Below the pieces are notes generated by a model. That model worked only from the letters and a program-made list of their open reading frames with translations, made no database searches and had not been told where the DNA came from. A stretch of DNA of 64,000 bases, taken from contig MU054323.1 of the NCBI GenBank assembly GCA_013239625.1, positions 16,124,029 through 16,188,028 of the forward strand. The letters are read 5' to 3'. The stretch is from Lama guanicoe (lineage: Eukaryota). Shown piece after piece: positions 13,790-28,189 of the stretch (positions are counted from its first letter, which is position 1; every line of letters begins with the position of its first letter). Made by a program: the position numbers and the translations under genes.

Positions 13790-15306
13790 CTTTTAAAAAA
13801 GGAAAATATTCAAATAAACCCTATGCTTGTAATTGTGATGAGATTAAGACCATTGACCATATTCATTTATATCAAAGTATAAAATTTTCAGCATTTAATA
13901 GTGTGGTTTTCAAACTCTTTCAGGAAGTTCAACGGCTTCAATTAATTTGAGCTCCCAAAGTAGGTCTGCAGGCAGGCATTTGACCTCCAAAAGCATTCTC
14001 TCACAGTGACAAGACTGTAAATAATTGTTAGATCTATTTTAGCTAGTTAAGAACTACTTAACTTATACTGGGAAATAGAACACTAAAGTTAAAAACCAAA
14101 AACTGTGGGACTTAACATATAACAATGTTTCTGTGGAAAACGCACTGAGTTCTAACTTAGGATCCCAGGATACACTCTGTCTGTTCTCCATAGCCCTAGT
14201 GGTTAGGAAAAAAGAGACTTTTCTCCCCCTGTGAGCAACTGAACAGTAGCAGATACAACCACCATCAGACGTCCTCTCAAATACACCTGCAAGTCATTAG
14301 TGGATATTCCTGTGTCCTGATGAATGGTCCAGAGCAAAGAAGAAATAGAGGTTAGCATGACCACCAGGGAGGACAGGGAGTGAAGCCCCTCTGGAGTGAC
14401 AAGGAAGACAAGGATTGGGAAGTGTACAGAATCTGAGGTTTTGGTGGAGAAGATGAATGATCAGTGCAGGCACTAGATGAATGGGAAGGATCAGGGACTA
14501 ATAAGGAAAGGTGATGGTCAGAGACGATCTCAAGAACAGGTGGCACAGATGAGTTTGGGAAGAGGGGAAAAAAGGTGGCAGGACTCTGGACTTTTGGCTG
14601 GGCTTCCTTCCTTTCCTTCTCCTCTATCTCTTCTTTCTCACTCTCCCTCCTGCTTTTTCTCTCTCCCTCCCCTCTTCCTTTATTGTCAAACAAGAAATTT
14701 TGCAGTCCTACTATATGCATTCTTTGTTCCTTTACACTCCTCACTAGCAATCCTGCCCACCTGTTGTTGGATGAGATCGGAAACAGCAGCAGCTAAGGAA
14801 GGATTGATGGTAAGTACGGAGGAGAGGGAAAGGAGAGAAGAAGAAAATGTCTATCAAGAACAAAAAGGGAAAAAGCATTATTAAGTTATGGAATTAACCA
14901 GTATTGCAGTTTCCTCTTTCACATTTTCATTATTTCTCCTTTCTTCTGATGTTCTTTCCTAAACCCTAGTTCTCTTCTATGCTTTTCACAGAAATGGGGA
15001 AAGCGGAACAGAATTTCAGTGTAATTGTTTTATTTCTTTGACTCAAAGATGAATATATTCTTCCAGTTCAACTGATAATTCCCTTAGCTTAGTAACACTC
15101 AAGTAATTCAGGGCTTATTCTCCTACCTTCTCATCTGTGATATAACTTTCCTGAAAGTAAAAATCATATAGTAACCATTAATACTGATGAAAGAAGTAAG
15201 CAACTATAGTACAGAGACTAAGTAAACTGAACATAGCATTTGGTACAAAAAGTAAGGCTCACTAAAAAAAAAAAAGGCAACAAAATAAAAGAAGCTATTT
15301 ACTTAC

Positions 15307-15445
15307 CTGAAAGAACAACTTCTATTAGGTCTCCTTCATGTATTTCATCTGCTGAGGTAATCAGCTGCAAAATATTTTCTGAGTTCATGTCATGGCGAAA
15401 GAGAAGGATTTTGTCATACATGCCAAAGAATCCACACTCTGGAAA
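15307..15445 (-). CDS. PRKD3: PRKD3 coding exon (N-terminal ubiquitin-like domain region)
   Basis: [46 protein letters not shown], 139 nt; CAG| acceptor, |GTAAGT donor. Confidence 0.97.
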
Positions 15446-15789
15446 CTGCAGGAAAATAGTCCTATATCAGTATACCCACAGCTTTTCATTTTTAGTAAGT
15501 AAATGTCTCAATCTTATCAAATAATTTTAAAGGTAGTTTTTAGCCTAACACTGTTTACTTGCTAACAATTCTACTAATACCAAAAAGATCAACCATATAC
15601 TCAAACATCCTGATCAGTCTTCAGGTTCAAAAACATAAAAGTAAGCAAGATAAATAATTATTATCTTAGCACGTCTCTTAGAAGTATAGAATTTCTTTAT
15701 TCAGTTATTGATGGAGAATACAATCTTGAACTTACTAATGATATTCTTACAAAGCCTGAGAGATGGGAAGTCTTTCCTGTCCTCTAGAA

Positions 15790-16000
15790 CTAAAGCTTCC
15801 CATATGGTTATAGCTACCAGCCACATGCAGTTATTTAAACTTAAGTTAATTAAAATTAAATAAAATTAAAAGTTTAGTTCCTCAGTCATTCTAGCCACAT
15901 TGCATGTGCTCAATTGCCCTTTCCTACTGGCTACCAATTTAGACTGAGCAGATATAGAAAACTTCCATCATCACAGTAAATTCTATTGAATACTGCTGGT
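15790..16000. mobile_element. MER3/MER33-like hAT MITE
   Basis: tagctaccagccacatg...aaaattaaaagtttagttcctcagtcattctagccacatt. Confidence 0.65.
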
Positions 16001-19000
16001 AGAAGATCAGTAATTCCCAAATTACAGTCACAAGAGTACCAACTGTAACATTTCTGCCAAATGCACCTATAGTCTCTAGCATTTATCTAGTATTTCCTTT
16101 AATCTACTCATTGTAATTATAAATACATAATTCTTTATGGCATCTTTCTTTTTAAAAAACCTTTGGTGAGAGTAGGAGACTTGCAGATCTGCTCCCATAT
16201 GCCCTTTGTGTATACTATGTCAAGGCTTCTATAATTTGTGACGACAATGTGGAGACACTTTGGGGATTAGTATGCCAAAGACTAAAATATAAAGGTGAGT
16301 TCTATAAGTTTTTATAGTTAATAAAGTTATTTAAGAGAAAATTTGAAGTACTTGGTTTACAAAATACATGTTTAATTTTTAAAACAATTAAAAAGATCAT
16401 TTTCTGAACTACCAGTGTCTTAGAAAATGCTGCTCTAGATATTTCAGATTTCTTTATTTGATCTCAAAATTGCATATTCTCATTGATTTATTTGACTCCT
16501 CATAGCGTATCCTTTAATGAACTGTGTCACTGGCCTACACTGAATGGCCTGATATGTACCCATCACACTGAACTGTAACCGCATTTATTGCAGCGATGTT
16601 GCTGAGGATGGTCCACCTACTTCACATGGTAGCCCTTACTTTGTACGGACCCACAAAAGAAATTTCTCCGATTGGTTTTACAATATGAACGATTTGATCA
16701 TGTAACTTGTTTACTTTGGCCACTGAAACAGGCCAAGCCAAATTTGTAGCCTACTTCTAGCATCAGTCTAGTATCTTATGGCACGTGTTTTAGGTGTAGA
16801 TACCAACTGAGTTTCATCTTATTTTCTGACCTTAATTTTCCCATTAAAAATTATAGTATATATGTCTAAAAAGGTCTCGATTTGGGGGAAAAAGTTAAAT
16901 TTTTAAAAATTCAAAGTAATGACAATTAGAAATTTGAGTTTATTTGTATTTTTTAAACCTGAGTACGTAATGGAAAAGAGCAGAAATATTTAGTTTTACA
17001 AAACTAATTCTTTCAATTATTTGAGTTACCAATATTTATAAAACTTTATAATATACTTTAAACATATATCCAACAGCATAAGAATTTCCCATTGAAGAGT
17101 AAAAATATGGAATCAAAAAATTATTTTCAATAACTTTTAATTTAAAATTTAATTTATTTAGTTGTTATTAAATTAGAAAACATCCCCATAACTTGGTTGC
17201 AATGATTTTTAAGGATTAATAAAGAACCCCACATCTCATCCGTATAAAATCTCTAACAAAAAAATTCATATGAATAAAACTCATCTTAAAAATTCATATT
17301 TTTGCACGTCTTCTAAGTGTTAGGCAGTGGCCCTACAGTTTGTAAAGGTAAGACACTCAGTCCCTGCCTTCCAGGGGCTTACAATCTAGTAGAAAGATGG
17401 AAATAAAAACAAATATATAACATGATAAGGAAATGTCAAGAATGAAAAATAAAATTCTAGAAGAGGGAATAAAAAACTTTAATCGAGAAGGGAGACTACC
17501 ACTTTAACAGTGATATTTAAGCAGAATCATAAAAGAGAGAAGTAAAGTTTCCATGGGCAGAAAGTGAAAGTAGAAGTGTAAGAGTCATCACTGAGAAAAT
17601 ACAAGGTAGGTGAGAGAAAGTAAGTGGACCCCTACAACTGAAGAAGGAGGTAGTGGGGGCAGAGGGACAGTGGGTAGAAAGAGGGCAAAAATGCACACAG
17701 GAGCCCAGCAAGAGCCAAACAAAGACTTGGACTCAAGAGAGCTGGGTTCAAGCTTTGCAACCTATTAACTATAGCATCTTAGATAAACTGCTTAACCTCT
17801 CTACGCTCAGTTTCTCTATAAATTGAGAATAACAGGAGTACTAGCTGTATATAGTTCTTGTCAAAATTAAATTACTTGATGGCTATAAAACATTCAGTAC
17901 TCTGTGTGATCAATAAACACGAGTGGTTCATATTATTCTATATCCAAGGGGGAGAGACAAAGGCTCCCAGAGCAAGGCAGTAACATGATCAAACTGTGTT
18001 TTATAAAGATAGAGCTGACAGCAATGTACAGCAGGGACTGGAACAGGAAGAAACCAGAGCAAGCTCCTAAAGAAGACAGAAGCTAACAGTCAGGAAAGAG
18101 GTATCAGGGTCTGGATTTTAGAGTAAGATGGAAAGCAAGGCAACAAGGGATACTTCCTTCTAGAAACTTACTTTTGGTAAATTATATGCATCATTAATGC
18201 TATTTTGACCAAACTAGAAGTCTCTATAACTAAAAAATTAAATAAACACATCAATGAGAGAAGAAAAATACTAAAAGAAAAAATTTATGGCTTAGAAGAA
18301 GTAGATATAAAACAATCTTCTTGTTAAACATGACCTAATGAATTCTATTAGCATTATTAAGAGACTAAAGAGCAAACAAAAAGAATTATACAAAGTATTA
18401 AGGATATTTATTTAAGATAAGCATTTGTGTACCAAGCTGGAAAGCCTTCAGTGATAAGGAATAAAGTAACTTTCTAGACTAGCAAATGTTTACAGACTAT
18501 ATTCAACTATATGGTTGAGAAATTACAGAATTCCAAGAGGGCAGAAATGTAATAACTAGCCTATGAAAAAGAGATTTCTGCTATTCATGATTATGATCTA
18601 TAGGTGTGTTTGGTAGAATATTTAGACATTATCTGACAATGAGTCAGAGTCCCCACAAACTGAAGTAACAGAAAATGTGGCCTGAAAAAAAGCCAGAGAG
18701 ATTACTAAACATTGCCACTGGACATCAAGAAACAATGTGGCCAAGCTTTAAAAATATTATGAGGCATCAGTATATTAAGATAAACATCTAAAAAGAAATA
18801 AGGAAACAAACCATGAGCACACACCTTAAAAAATCTAAACAACTGTAGAGAGGAAAAACACACAAAAAACCAAAAAACAAAACTCTGTTAATGATTTGAA
18901 TATACAGGAATTGACTGTTCATTATCTTTTTTAATTCAGAAATTGTTTTTTAAGCAGGAGTGAATTCCTAAGACAATGTCTCAGCTCTGCTCACACACTG

Positions 19001-19023
19001 GAATCATCTGTGAAGCTTAAAAC

Positions 19024-19958
19024 CACATCTGGTATTTTCACCATATCTTTGCCACAGACATCTTTGCAGCAAGTATTTTTGCCACATAACTAATTGGCCA
19101 TAAGGCAAATATGCCATGGAAAATAAAGTAACTGGCTGACAGGTTGGTTTCAACTGGCTGAAATGCATTAGCATCTCTTCCAGTTAGCAACATTACTGAT
19201 GTCTTTATCGAGCTGATGGATGAGAATGATTTGCCCCAAGAGCAGGTTTATTTTGAAATACACTTCTTAAGAGGGTGTCAAAGGTGCAGAGTTGATTCCC
19301 CATTTCTCACTGAACTTTGGAATATCCATTAATAGACGTGATACAAGTAACAGTGCAGAAGGCTTTCACAAAACAATACAAAGCACAGTAACAAACAAGC
19401 ATCCTAGAATCTGGAAACTAACACCTCTCTCAAGGAAGGAAGAAATTATAGCTAAAAAGTATGATGCTGAACAAGAAGATGAATCAATAAGCAAAAACGT
19501 GTGTAATACAGCTGAACAATGCAGGAGCTAGGAGTGCCAACCCCTGCACAGTCAAAAATTCGCATATAACTTGACAGTCCACCTCTGTGCCTGCAGTTCC
19601 ACATCCACAGACTCAACCAACTGCGATCACATAGTAACTATATAGTACATGTGAATGAAAGATCCAGAAGACAAGTGCTGAGGCACAACTCACGAAATAA
19701 AAGCAGTTACTTGTGCGGAAATGTCATGAATTTACACAAATCGGAAATGCATTAAATATTTATATTTCATAATAGTCTTTTTAATTTTGTTACTCATTTT
19801 TCAGGTTTCATTTTGTCCCTATTAACGTCTTTCATTTTTTTGTTATTTTATCTTTTCCAGCAAAACTGCCTTACTGCCAACTAGTCACATGGTCAAAATA
19901 AATGTAGTAAAAATGCCTGTGGCAAAGACGTCTGCCACTTATGCAAAGTACCTAGAAT
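19024..19958 (+). mobile_element. Mutator/MULE-like (Ricksha-type) internally deleted DNA transposon with a nested Tigger fragment (~19509-19650)
   Basis: ~80-bp imperfect TIRs; transposase C-terminal remnants ALASLPVSNITDVFIELMDENDLPQEQVYFE, SNSAEGFHKTIQSTVTNKHPRIWKL, YLCGNVMNL. Confidence 0.65.
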
Positions 19959-20084
19959 GCTTAAACAAAAGATGCTAAGGCCCTCTTCCCAGGTTTATAG
20001 TTAAGCTCAGGGGAGTAGGACACAGACACCTGAATTTTAAATTTACTTTTATATTGTTCAGTACATTTATTATATACTCTTTAA

Positions 20085-20720
20085 AAAACTAGACTTTATT
20101 CTTAATAGTCTGAGTTACAGAGAAAACTGAGATAACAGTACAGAGTTCCCATATATTCCATACCCAGGTTCCCCTATTATTAACATCTCACATTATGGTA
20201 CATTTGTTACACTTAATGAACAAATATTGATACATTATAATTAACTAAAGTCCACATTTTATTCAGATTTCCTTAATCTGTTTCGAGGAGTACTGTCCAT
20301 TTTGTCAGCTGCCCCACTACCAGAATTCATGTCTGATTTTTTTCTCATTAGTTATGGGTTTAGCGGAAGAAGACCACAGAGGTAAAATGCCATCCTTATC
20401 ACATCATATCAAGTGTTCCTACTACGAACATGATTTACCACCACTGATGTAGACCTTGATCATCTGGGTGAGATAGCCAAGTTTCTTCACTACAAATGAT
20501 ACCATTACTCTTTGGAAGTAAATCACTATGTGCAACGCACACTTAAGGAATGACAAGTTATGTATGTTCCCTCTCCTTGAAAGCAGAGTATCTATATAAA
20601 TTGCTTGAAATTTTTCTGCATGGGGTTTTTTCCTATTTTCTCTTATTTATTTATTCATATATAAAATATATTTATCAGTATGGACTCATGGACATTTATA
20701 CTCTGAGATATAATACACCC
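20085..20720 (-). mobile_element. L1MC-like 3' fragment
   Basis: gtacagagttcccatat...ggtacatttgttacacttaatgaacaaatattgatacatta. Confidence 0.75.
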
Positions 20721-21517
20721 TCTTTTAGAATATAATTTTATTTTCAAACAGACAATTTACTGACATAGTTCAAAATTTTAAAAGTACAAGGGCAGAATGC
20801 AAAATCTATGCCTTGGTTGCCCAGTTATCCCTGCCACAGTCAACAATGTTATCAATTCTCTCAGTATCCTTCTGAAAGTGTTTTATACATAAATAGTAGA
20901 CATGGATGTATCTTTTCCTCATTTTATACAAATGGTGGCACACTATTATAAGGTGTTCTGCATCTTTTTTTTTTCACTTAGCAGTACATTTTAGAGATCA
21001 TTTCATAACAGTATATAAAGAACGTTCTTATTCTTTTTTTTTTTTTTTACAGCTGCAGTTTTATTTTACCATTTCCCTCCTGATGGGATATTGGTTGAGG
21101 AGTAAAACTAAAGCTAAACTGCATTTCAGATCCTGATTCATTTCACTTACTAGGTATACAACATTGGCTAAGTTGCTTAACCTCATTTTCCCCATCTGTA
21201 CAATAGTACCCACTTCACAAGACTGTTATAAAAATTAAGTGAATATATGTAAAGAGCTTAGAACTCCTGGTAAGTTTTAAGTGCCATATGAATCATAGCT
21301 ACTGTTTCAAATCTTTTATTACAAACAATACCCAATGTATAATCTTATACACCCATATCTTTTTCTACTTTTTGAGTGTATGAGAATAATTTCCTAGAAG
21401 TAGATTTGCTAGGTCAAAGGACATGAATATTTGACATTTTTAGACACTGTCAAAACGTTCTTTACAGAGACTATACCAATTTATATTTCCAAAAGTAACC
21501 ACATCTTCTTTTAGTGT

Positions 21518-21893
21518 TGTACTAGTCAGCTCAGGCTATGTAACAAAATACCACAGCTGAGTGGCTTAAAAACAGAAATTTATTTTCTCACATTGCTGGA
21601 GGCTAGAGTGGAAGATCAGGGTACCAGCATGGTCAAATTCTAGTGAGAACCCTCTCCTGGCTTGCAGACAGCAGCCTTCTCACTGTGTCCTCAGATGCAC
21701 TTGGGGATAAGCGAGCAATCTCTTTCTCTTTTCTTCTAAAGTCACCAATCCTACTGGATTAGGACCCCACCCTTATGATCTCACTTAACTTCAATAACCC
21801 CCTAAACGTTCTATCTCCAAATACATTCACAGTGGAGTTGGGGCTGCAACCTCTGAATTGGGGAGGAGGGGGAGCACAATTCAGTCTGCAGCA
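21518..21893 (-). mobile_element. MaLR (MLT1-type) solo LTR
   Basis: TG...CA ends; aacaaaataccacag..agaaatttattttctcaca; 5-bp TSD AGTGT/AGTAT (1 mismatch). Confidence 0.8.
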
Positions 21894-22596
21894 AGTATAT
21901 TATCAAACTTGATGATTTTAGGTTAAAAATGTGATTCAGTATAGTTCTAATTATAAGAAGTGAAGTTGAACATTTTTCATATGCTTAAGAGACATCTATA
22001 CTTTAATAAATTAGCTATTTATATTTGCCTGTTTAATGGACTGATGACCTTTAAACTCCAAATCCAACAGTTCTTCAGAATGTTTCTCACTATGTGGGAA
22101 ATCCTTAATAAGTCTTAAACAACTTATCAAAAAACACAAACAAAACCCTATATATGTAACAGAATATATGTTGGGGTTCTCAAAATGATACATGCCAGTA
22201 AAAATCCCTAGGCAGAAGAAGGGAGCTTTTCTAAGATAATGGCTTATCTTCCTAAGCCAGACTCCAGCAGAATAAAGAACAAAGGAAAAGAACTTTTTCC
22301 CCTCTTTCAGGTGAATAACTTTTAAGAAGAAGAAATATTCTAGCAAACTAATGAAGAAAATCAATTCTGTATTATATTGTGAATTTCAATTTTCCATGGG
22401 CTCCTTTCTACTAATTATCCCAGTACATAATTCTTACCTAATAAAATGGTATAATAGCTTCTAAACATTCTATTCTCATGGGAAAAAGAAAAAATAGCTA
22501 CTTGTGATAGGGAACAAGATTAGTAGAAGAGCTACAGAGGTGGTAACACGCTTAATAACTGTCAGTAATTTTCACTGGTTGTTTCTTCCTCTAGAA

Positions 22597-22808
22597 CAGT
22601 GGTTCTCAATTGGGGTGATTTTGCCTCCCAGAAGATATATGGCAATGTCTTGAGATGCTTTCAGTTGTTACAACTTGTGGTACTGGCATCCAGCGGTTAC
22701 AGGCCAGGGATGCTGTTAAACATCCTACGGTGCACAGGACACTCCACAGAACAAAGAATTCTCTGGCCCAAAATGTCGGCAGTGCTCAAGTTGAGAAATC
22801 CTGCTCTA
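22597..22808. mobile_element. MER20-like hAT MITE
   Basis: cagtggttctcaattggggtgattttgcc...gttgagaaatcctg. Confidence 0.8.
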
Positions 22809-23555
22809 GGAAATGAAGGAGACAGGAACATAGAGGGACTAGAAAATGTGGAAGGAAGTTGACAACCTTCTGAAAACTAGACATGCCCGTATTTCCTTCC
22901 CTAGCCTACCTCAGCCTTGATTAAAAGAAGAGGAAATGAAAGAAACAGCAAAAGAGCGAGCAGGGTAGAAGCAAAGAGGCCTTTGGTTTGGCCTCTTTCC
23001 AAATTTCCCCAGGCTTTTCTGGATTTGCTTTCTATAAACTGTGCCAATGAGTTCTCTTGACTGTGCAAAATGAAGTCTGTTCCCAGTCCATATGGGAAAG
23101 CAACAGAATTTCATCGTAATGTTATCAAGTTCTCACCCCTTATGCACTCACTTTGCCCACTTTAGACTTGTCTTTTTTTAGATTAAAGGTGGCTTCAAGA
23201 ATAAAAAACAGATCATCTTATCTTTCTATAACCATTTTGTGGAAGTTATTTTTATGGTATTAACGTACACCTGTCATAAATTAAAGGTTCTAATACTTGC
23301 AAATAAAATTTCTCCGAATAACACTGTATTTTGAGAGCTATTTAATGTGAACAGCTTTAAAGTCCATGTCATTAAAATTCTGTCAATAAAATGTTAGATA
23401 AGGTAGAAAGTTTTCAAGTTTTTAATTCTACTTGGTCAAATACAATTTTTACATAGTAACAAAACAACTTCAGAATTTAAAATTATCTGAACAAGTAATC
23501 TAACACTATACACTTTTAAAAAAGGTATATACGTTTTATTCTAAGTACAATGGGA

Positions 23556-23603
23556 CACAATATTGTAAACTGACTATACTTCAATTAAAAAAAAGAAAAA
23601 AAG
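23556..23603 (+). mobile_element. Ultra-short L1 3' tail insertion
   Basis: CACAATATTGTAAACTGACTATACTTCAATT plus A tail; TSD AAGT(A/G)CAATGGGA at 23543-23555 and 23604-23616. Confidence 0.8.
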
Positions 23604-26214
23604 AAGTGCAATGGGAAACCATTAGAGTTTAAATGTATACTTAATTTATTTAAAAAATTTAATCACAGTATAATGAGTAAAGTACACTAATGTTAATTAG
23701 AAGGCAGATAACTATACACCTTATCTCCCCCACGTAAGCACTACCCAGGTCAAGATATAGAACATTTTTAGCACCACAGGTTTTTTATATTCACTTAATT
23801 TAAAAAATTGAATACTAGTCATTTTAAAATTTGAAGCCATGCAAATCTTCACCAAAAGTCTTTCTAATAATAAACCAGATAACAGTAAATAAGATCCACG
23901 AGGGCAAGGGCGTTCTCTTTTGTCAATGTTCCCTACTGGATGCCCAGCACCTAGGACTTAGTATTCAACAGGAACTTACTGAAAAAAGTTGTTGACTAGG
24001 GAGCAAAGATAACTAATTTAACGTAATAGATTTCCCAGAAATAAACATAATTATTACCTTAACATCACTTTTTAGTAAAGTATCTAACTGAAGAGAATTC
24101 CAAAGACTGTTTCTATAAACAGATTAGAAGGTACTGAAGTCTAGATGAATCAATGAGAAAATTATTCAATATAATAATTTCATCTGAATTTCATCACTGA
24201 TCTCTAATAGGATTTTCTGAATATGGCATATCAGAGAAGCTGCTTCATTTAACACCATTTCTCTTTGACACAAACAGAGCAATCTTTTCCCGTTTTCTTT
24301 GTTTTTAATTAGCTCTGAATATCTTTAACTTAAACTTTCTAGAAATTTCTATTCTAGCCAAGGTCTTAACCTGAATACCATGCACTTTAAAAACAAACAA
24401 ACAAAAAACCAACAACAAAAAACCTTCCAGTTTAGTTTGAGCCTCCAGATTAGTTAATGGCTGCCTGACACTGTTCTGCCAAGAAAAAAAAAATGTAGGG
24501 CTAGGCTAAAGACTAGGATGTCACCTAGCCACTGCAACACAGCTGTAGTGGAAAGAATGGGTTGGAAAGAAAAAACCCAACATAGAATGACAACTGGTTT
24601 CTAGAACACAAAAGATACAGCTGGGGTTTTCCCTCTACTTTGGCAGGACCTAAAAATTATACCCATTAACTGTCTGCAGAGACAATGTTTTCAAGTCAAA
24701 GAATCGACCAAAATCACTCCTAAATTAGGATACATAAACAAAGAGCCTTCAGGTCTAGTGTCATGTAAATGGTCAAAACTAAAAACAAATGCTTTAAATT
24801 AGTTAAAAGCAGACAGTCAGCTTAGTTAGAATCATTTCAATGTCAGTAAACACCATTATAGCTTAAAATGAATTGCTGTCTGCCAATTTTTTTTCCCTCC
24901 AATTACATCTACTATGTCCATTCAACAAACTAACACAATAGCAGTAGCATTATAGTGGTATTTCTAAGTCTCTTGGCAGTATGAGAGAAAGAAGATGGGA
25001 AACTAACATTCATTGAGGGTAGTAGTTACTATGTATCTGGCATTATGCAAAGCAGTGGACACAGGCTATCTCATTTAATTTCCTCAAAATTCCTAAAACA
25101 AGTAATCCCAGTCCTCTAACAAAATGAACTCTTGATCTCTATTTTTCACAGTTTGTCATGTGCTTAATACTAAAATCAAAGAGCAAGAGTAAAGCAATGT
25201 CAGTGTGTTGGAAGAATGCTATACATGCTTTGGTATTTATTAAACTTTTAAGAACACTACAGGATCAATGACCTTTACAGATTTAAAGAAATTTTTAAAA
25301 CCATGAATAGTACTATTTTGAGGGTACTAATTATGTGCCAGACGATGTATTAAGGGCTTTACATTTAATTACTATAATTTTTAAATGGAGGTGGGTTTAA
25401 AAAAAATGGTGGTAGGTATTATGACACTAGCTTTACAGATCAGGATCAGAAGTTCAGTGACTTAGAAAAGGGTCTATTAATCACACACACCCTCCTCAAG
25501 AAAGTTAAAGAATCAAAATCACCTGGGTCTCTTGATTTGAAAACACTGCTACATCTTTCTCGGATTATTATTTTTTTAATATCTACCAATAGCAAAAAAT
25601 AAGAGTATGGATTTAAATGCTAATGTAATTTTGACATTAGGAATCCATGCACGAACAAATCTCTGTTTAGTTGGGCAAGGCCTGCTCTCTCAGTTTGGAT
25701 GTGGCTCATTTGTCATCTGATTCTCTGGTAGTAGCCTCCCAGCAGAGATATGATCAGCCAATTTCTGCTTGGCTCAATCCCAGTTCTACCTACTGCTCGG
25801 ATCTGCCTGCCTTCTTGTTCTCCTGATTGCCAGTCCCGCTAGTTCTTTGGGTTTCATCAGTATAAAAAGCATTCCCGTTAGCCTATAAACTCCTAGAATG
25901 AAGAGATCCTACTTCTTGTTAAGTTTGCTCTATAAACCAGTATGAAGATACAGAAATCTAATATACACAGGTAAAAATCTACTTCCATTGTTTAACTACA
26001 TCCATACCCATAATGGAGTCTGTGCACTATTCTTAAAACAAACACATCCAAGCTGAACTAGGAATCCTATTTTAAAGCTCTAAAGCTACAATTCACATCT
26101 AGAAGATACTCACATCCACTAATTTCCTAAGATCCTACAATACTACTAACAGAAGTTTTCGGTTTCTCCAAACTTTAGAAATTCTATTTCTATATAGTTT
26201 AACTTAGAGATATA

Positions 26215-26447
26215 CAACCTTAGCCTGCTGGAATTTTGGACCAGATAGTTCTTTGTTGGGGGGAGGGGGACTCTCCTGTACATTATAGCAGCATCCTGGC
26301 CCCTCTGTCCACTAGATGCTAGTAGCACTTCCCTCTCATCCCAGTGACAACCAAAACATAAAACAAACAAAAAACCACATCTCCAGACATTGCTAAATAT
26401 CCCCTGGCGGGGAGGGGCAGGGGTCAACTCAGTTGAGAACCACTGGC
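26215..26447. mobile_element. MER20-like hAT MITE (opposite orientation)
   Basis: cagcatcctggccc...tccagacattgctaaatatcccctgg...gttgagaaccactg. Confidence 0.75.
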
Positions 26448-28189
26448 TTAATCTTATACATTAGAATTAGATACTAGGGTTGTAGTATTTGTCAGTAAAA
26501 TAGAACTAATCTACATTCTTACAAGGGATAAGGATAAAGTTCACTGATATCCTCAGAGAGCGAATGAATAACTTTGAGAATTTCAGAGTATTCCAGAAGA
26601 ACCTGGCCTTTCGCACAATCCCAGGAAGACAGAACTCTAGGAACTAGATATCTGACAATCTAAACTAGTGGGAGCAGGCTCGGCACAAATAAGACACTGA
26701 TAAATGAAACAGGATGGAAAGGATACTGGTGCTTATGTGCTCATTCCTTTCTCTCTGCAGCTCTAACAACTATAAATCATTTCATCAAGGGACATAATTA
26801 CCACCACAGATTATTTACAGTATCATGTTTTTAGCAGCAAAAGCAGGTAGAATGTGTCCTTAGATGTTTACTGAGTATAAGGCATTTTGGGGGACAGAAA
26901 GAGGAATAAGACAGCAACAATCTCAATGTAACAAATGTTGGAAGCATTTCAAATCTTTAAAAAAAAAAAAAGGAAGCTAACTTTTTGGCTTAAGTTAAAG
27001 ACAACAACAACAAAAGAAACTCCACCCACTCCACCCTCAGGATGTGTCATGAAATTGGACTGAATTCAGAGTGACCACTTTTGGTCACATCCAAGTTTTA
27101 AGCAAAGCTCAACTATAAATGATTTGTTGGTTACAGAGATAAATTCTTGGGGACAAAAAAAAAACTCAGTGTATATGTTTTTTATTATCTGTGTTAGTTA
27201 GAATTTGACCCTGTTTTTAACTTTTATAAGCCTGGAATCATTGACTGTTCTCTATGTCTATGAGGTTTTATCATGCCCCCACCCATGCTGGAAATATCAA
27301 TTTCATTTCTCCCCTATTGAACACATAAAACCTACTCTGTATTTATTACTACTGTTTTGAACATTCTCCCACATGCTTGTTTACTAATTTAGTATTTTTG
27401 TGAAATATATTTTTATTGTTTTTCTTATCAATAAGAGTCTTTACAGAATTAAAGATGTTAAAATTATACAATACTTGTAAACATTTCCCAATCTTATTCC
27501 TGTTTATTATTTTTATATATGTAAATGTTACAGTTTGGAATATTCAAATTTGCAAACTGCTCTCTTCCCTTCTGTTTTCTTTTATTGTTCTGAACGTGAG
27601 ATACCCACTCTCCCTAAGTCTGATAAATATTCAATTTTACTTTATCCTAATTTTCCTTTAATCTGAATTCTCATTTTTAATCCTTTGAAATTTATCTTGG
27701 TGTCAGGTATTAAGTGGAAGTCTATGTTAATGACCCTTCAACTCTCAACAAATTTTCTAAACTCAGATTTAAAATCATTCTCTTTTATTTCTCATGCCTC
27801 CGTTGGCATATACTGAAATACCACGAATCTATTATTATTTTAGCAGTATTTGGTTTCAGTTATTATAGTTTTTCCCTTCCCTTTCTCTCTTACTTTCCAG
27901 ATTTTTAACTTACTGTTTTACTTTCTCTCCCCAATAAACTTCAGACAAACATTGTCAGGGTAAAAAGATTCCCAATAAAGTTCTGAATGGAAAACTAATT
28001 TAATTTGGGAAATAAGATCATACATTATCAGTCTTCCTTTTTCAGGAAGATGATAACATATTTATTTCACAAAGTCTTTTTCTTAAATATTCCACAAAAA
28101 AATTTTAAATTTAATTCATATTTGGATTCATTCATTTCTTAAAGATAATTATCAATAAATACCTTAAATCTATTTTTTCCTAATGGAAA

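Noticed and set aside
14352..14884. Overlapping 132 and 135 aa ORFs
   Set aside because: They arise from purine/pyrimidine-skewed low-complexity intronic sequence; no recognisable domain
16500..16830. Possible intronic enhancer (CACGTG and TGTTTAC motifs, a few CpGs)
   Set aside because: Short motifs expected by chance; needs conservation or chromatin data
18150..18900. Possible ancient LINE or processed-pseudogene remnant
   Set aside because: A-rich and suggestive, but I could not recover a convincing protein motif
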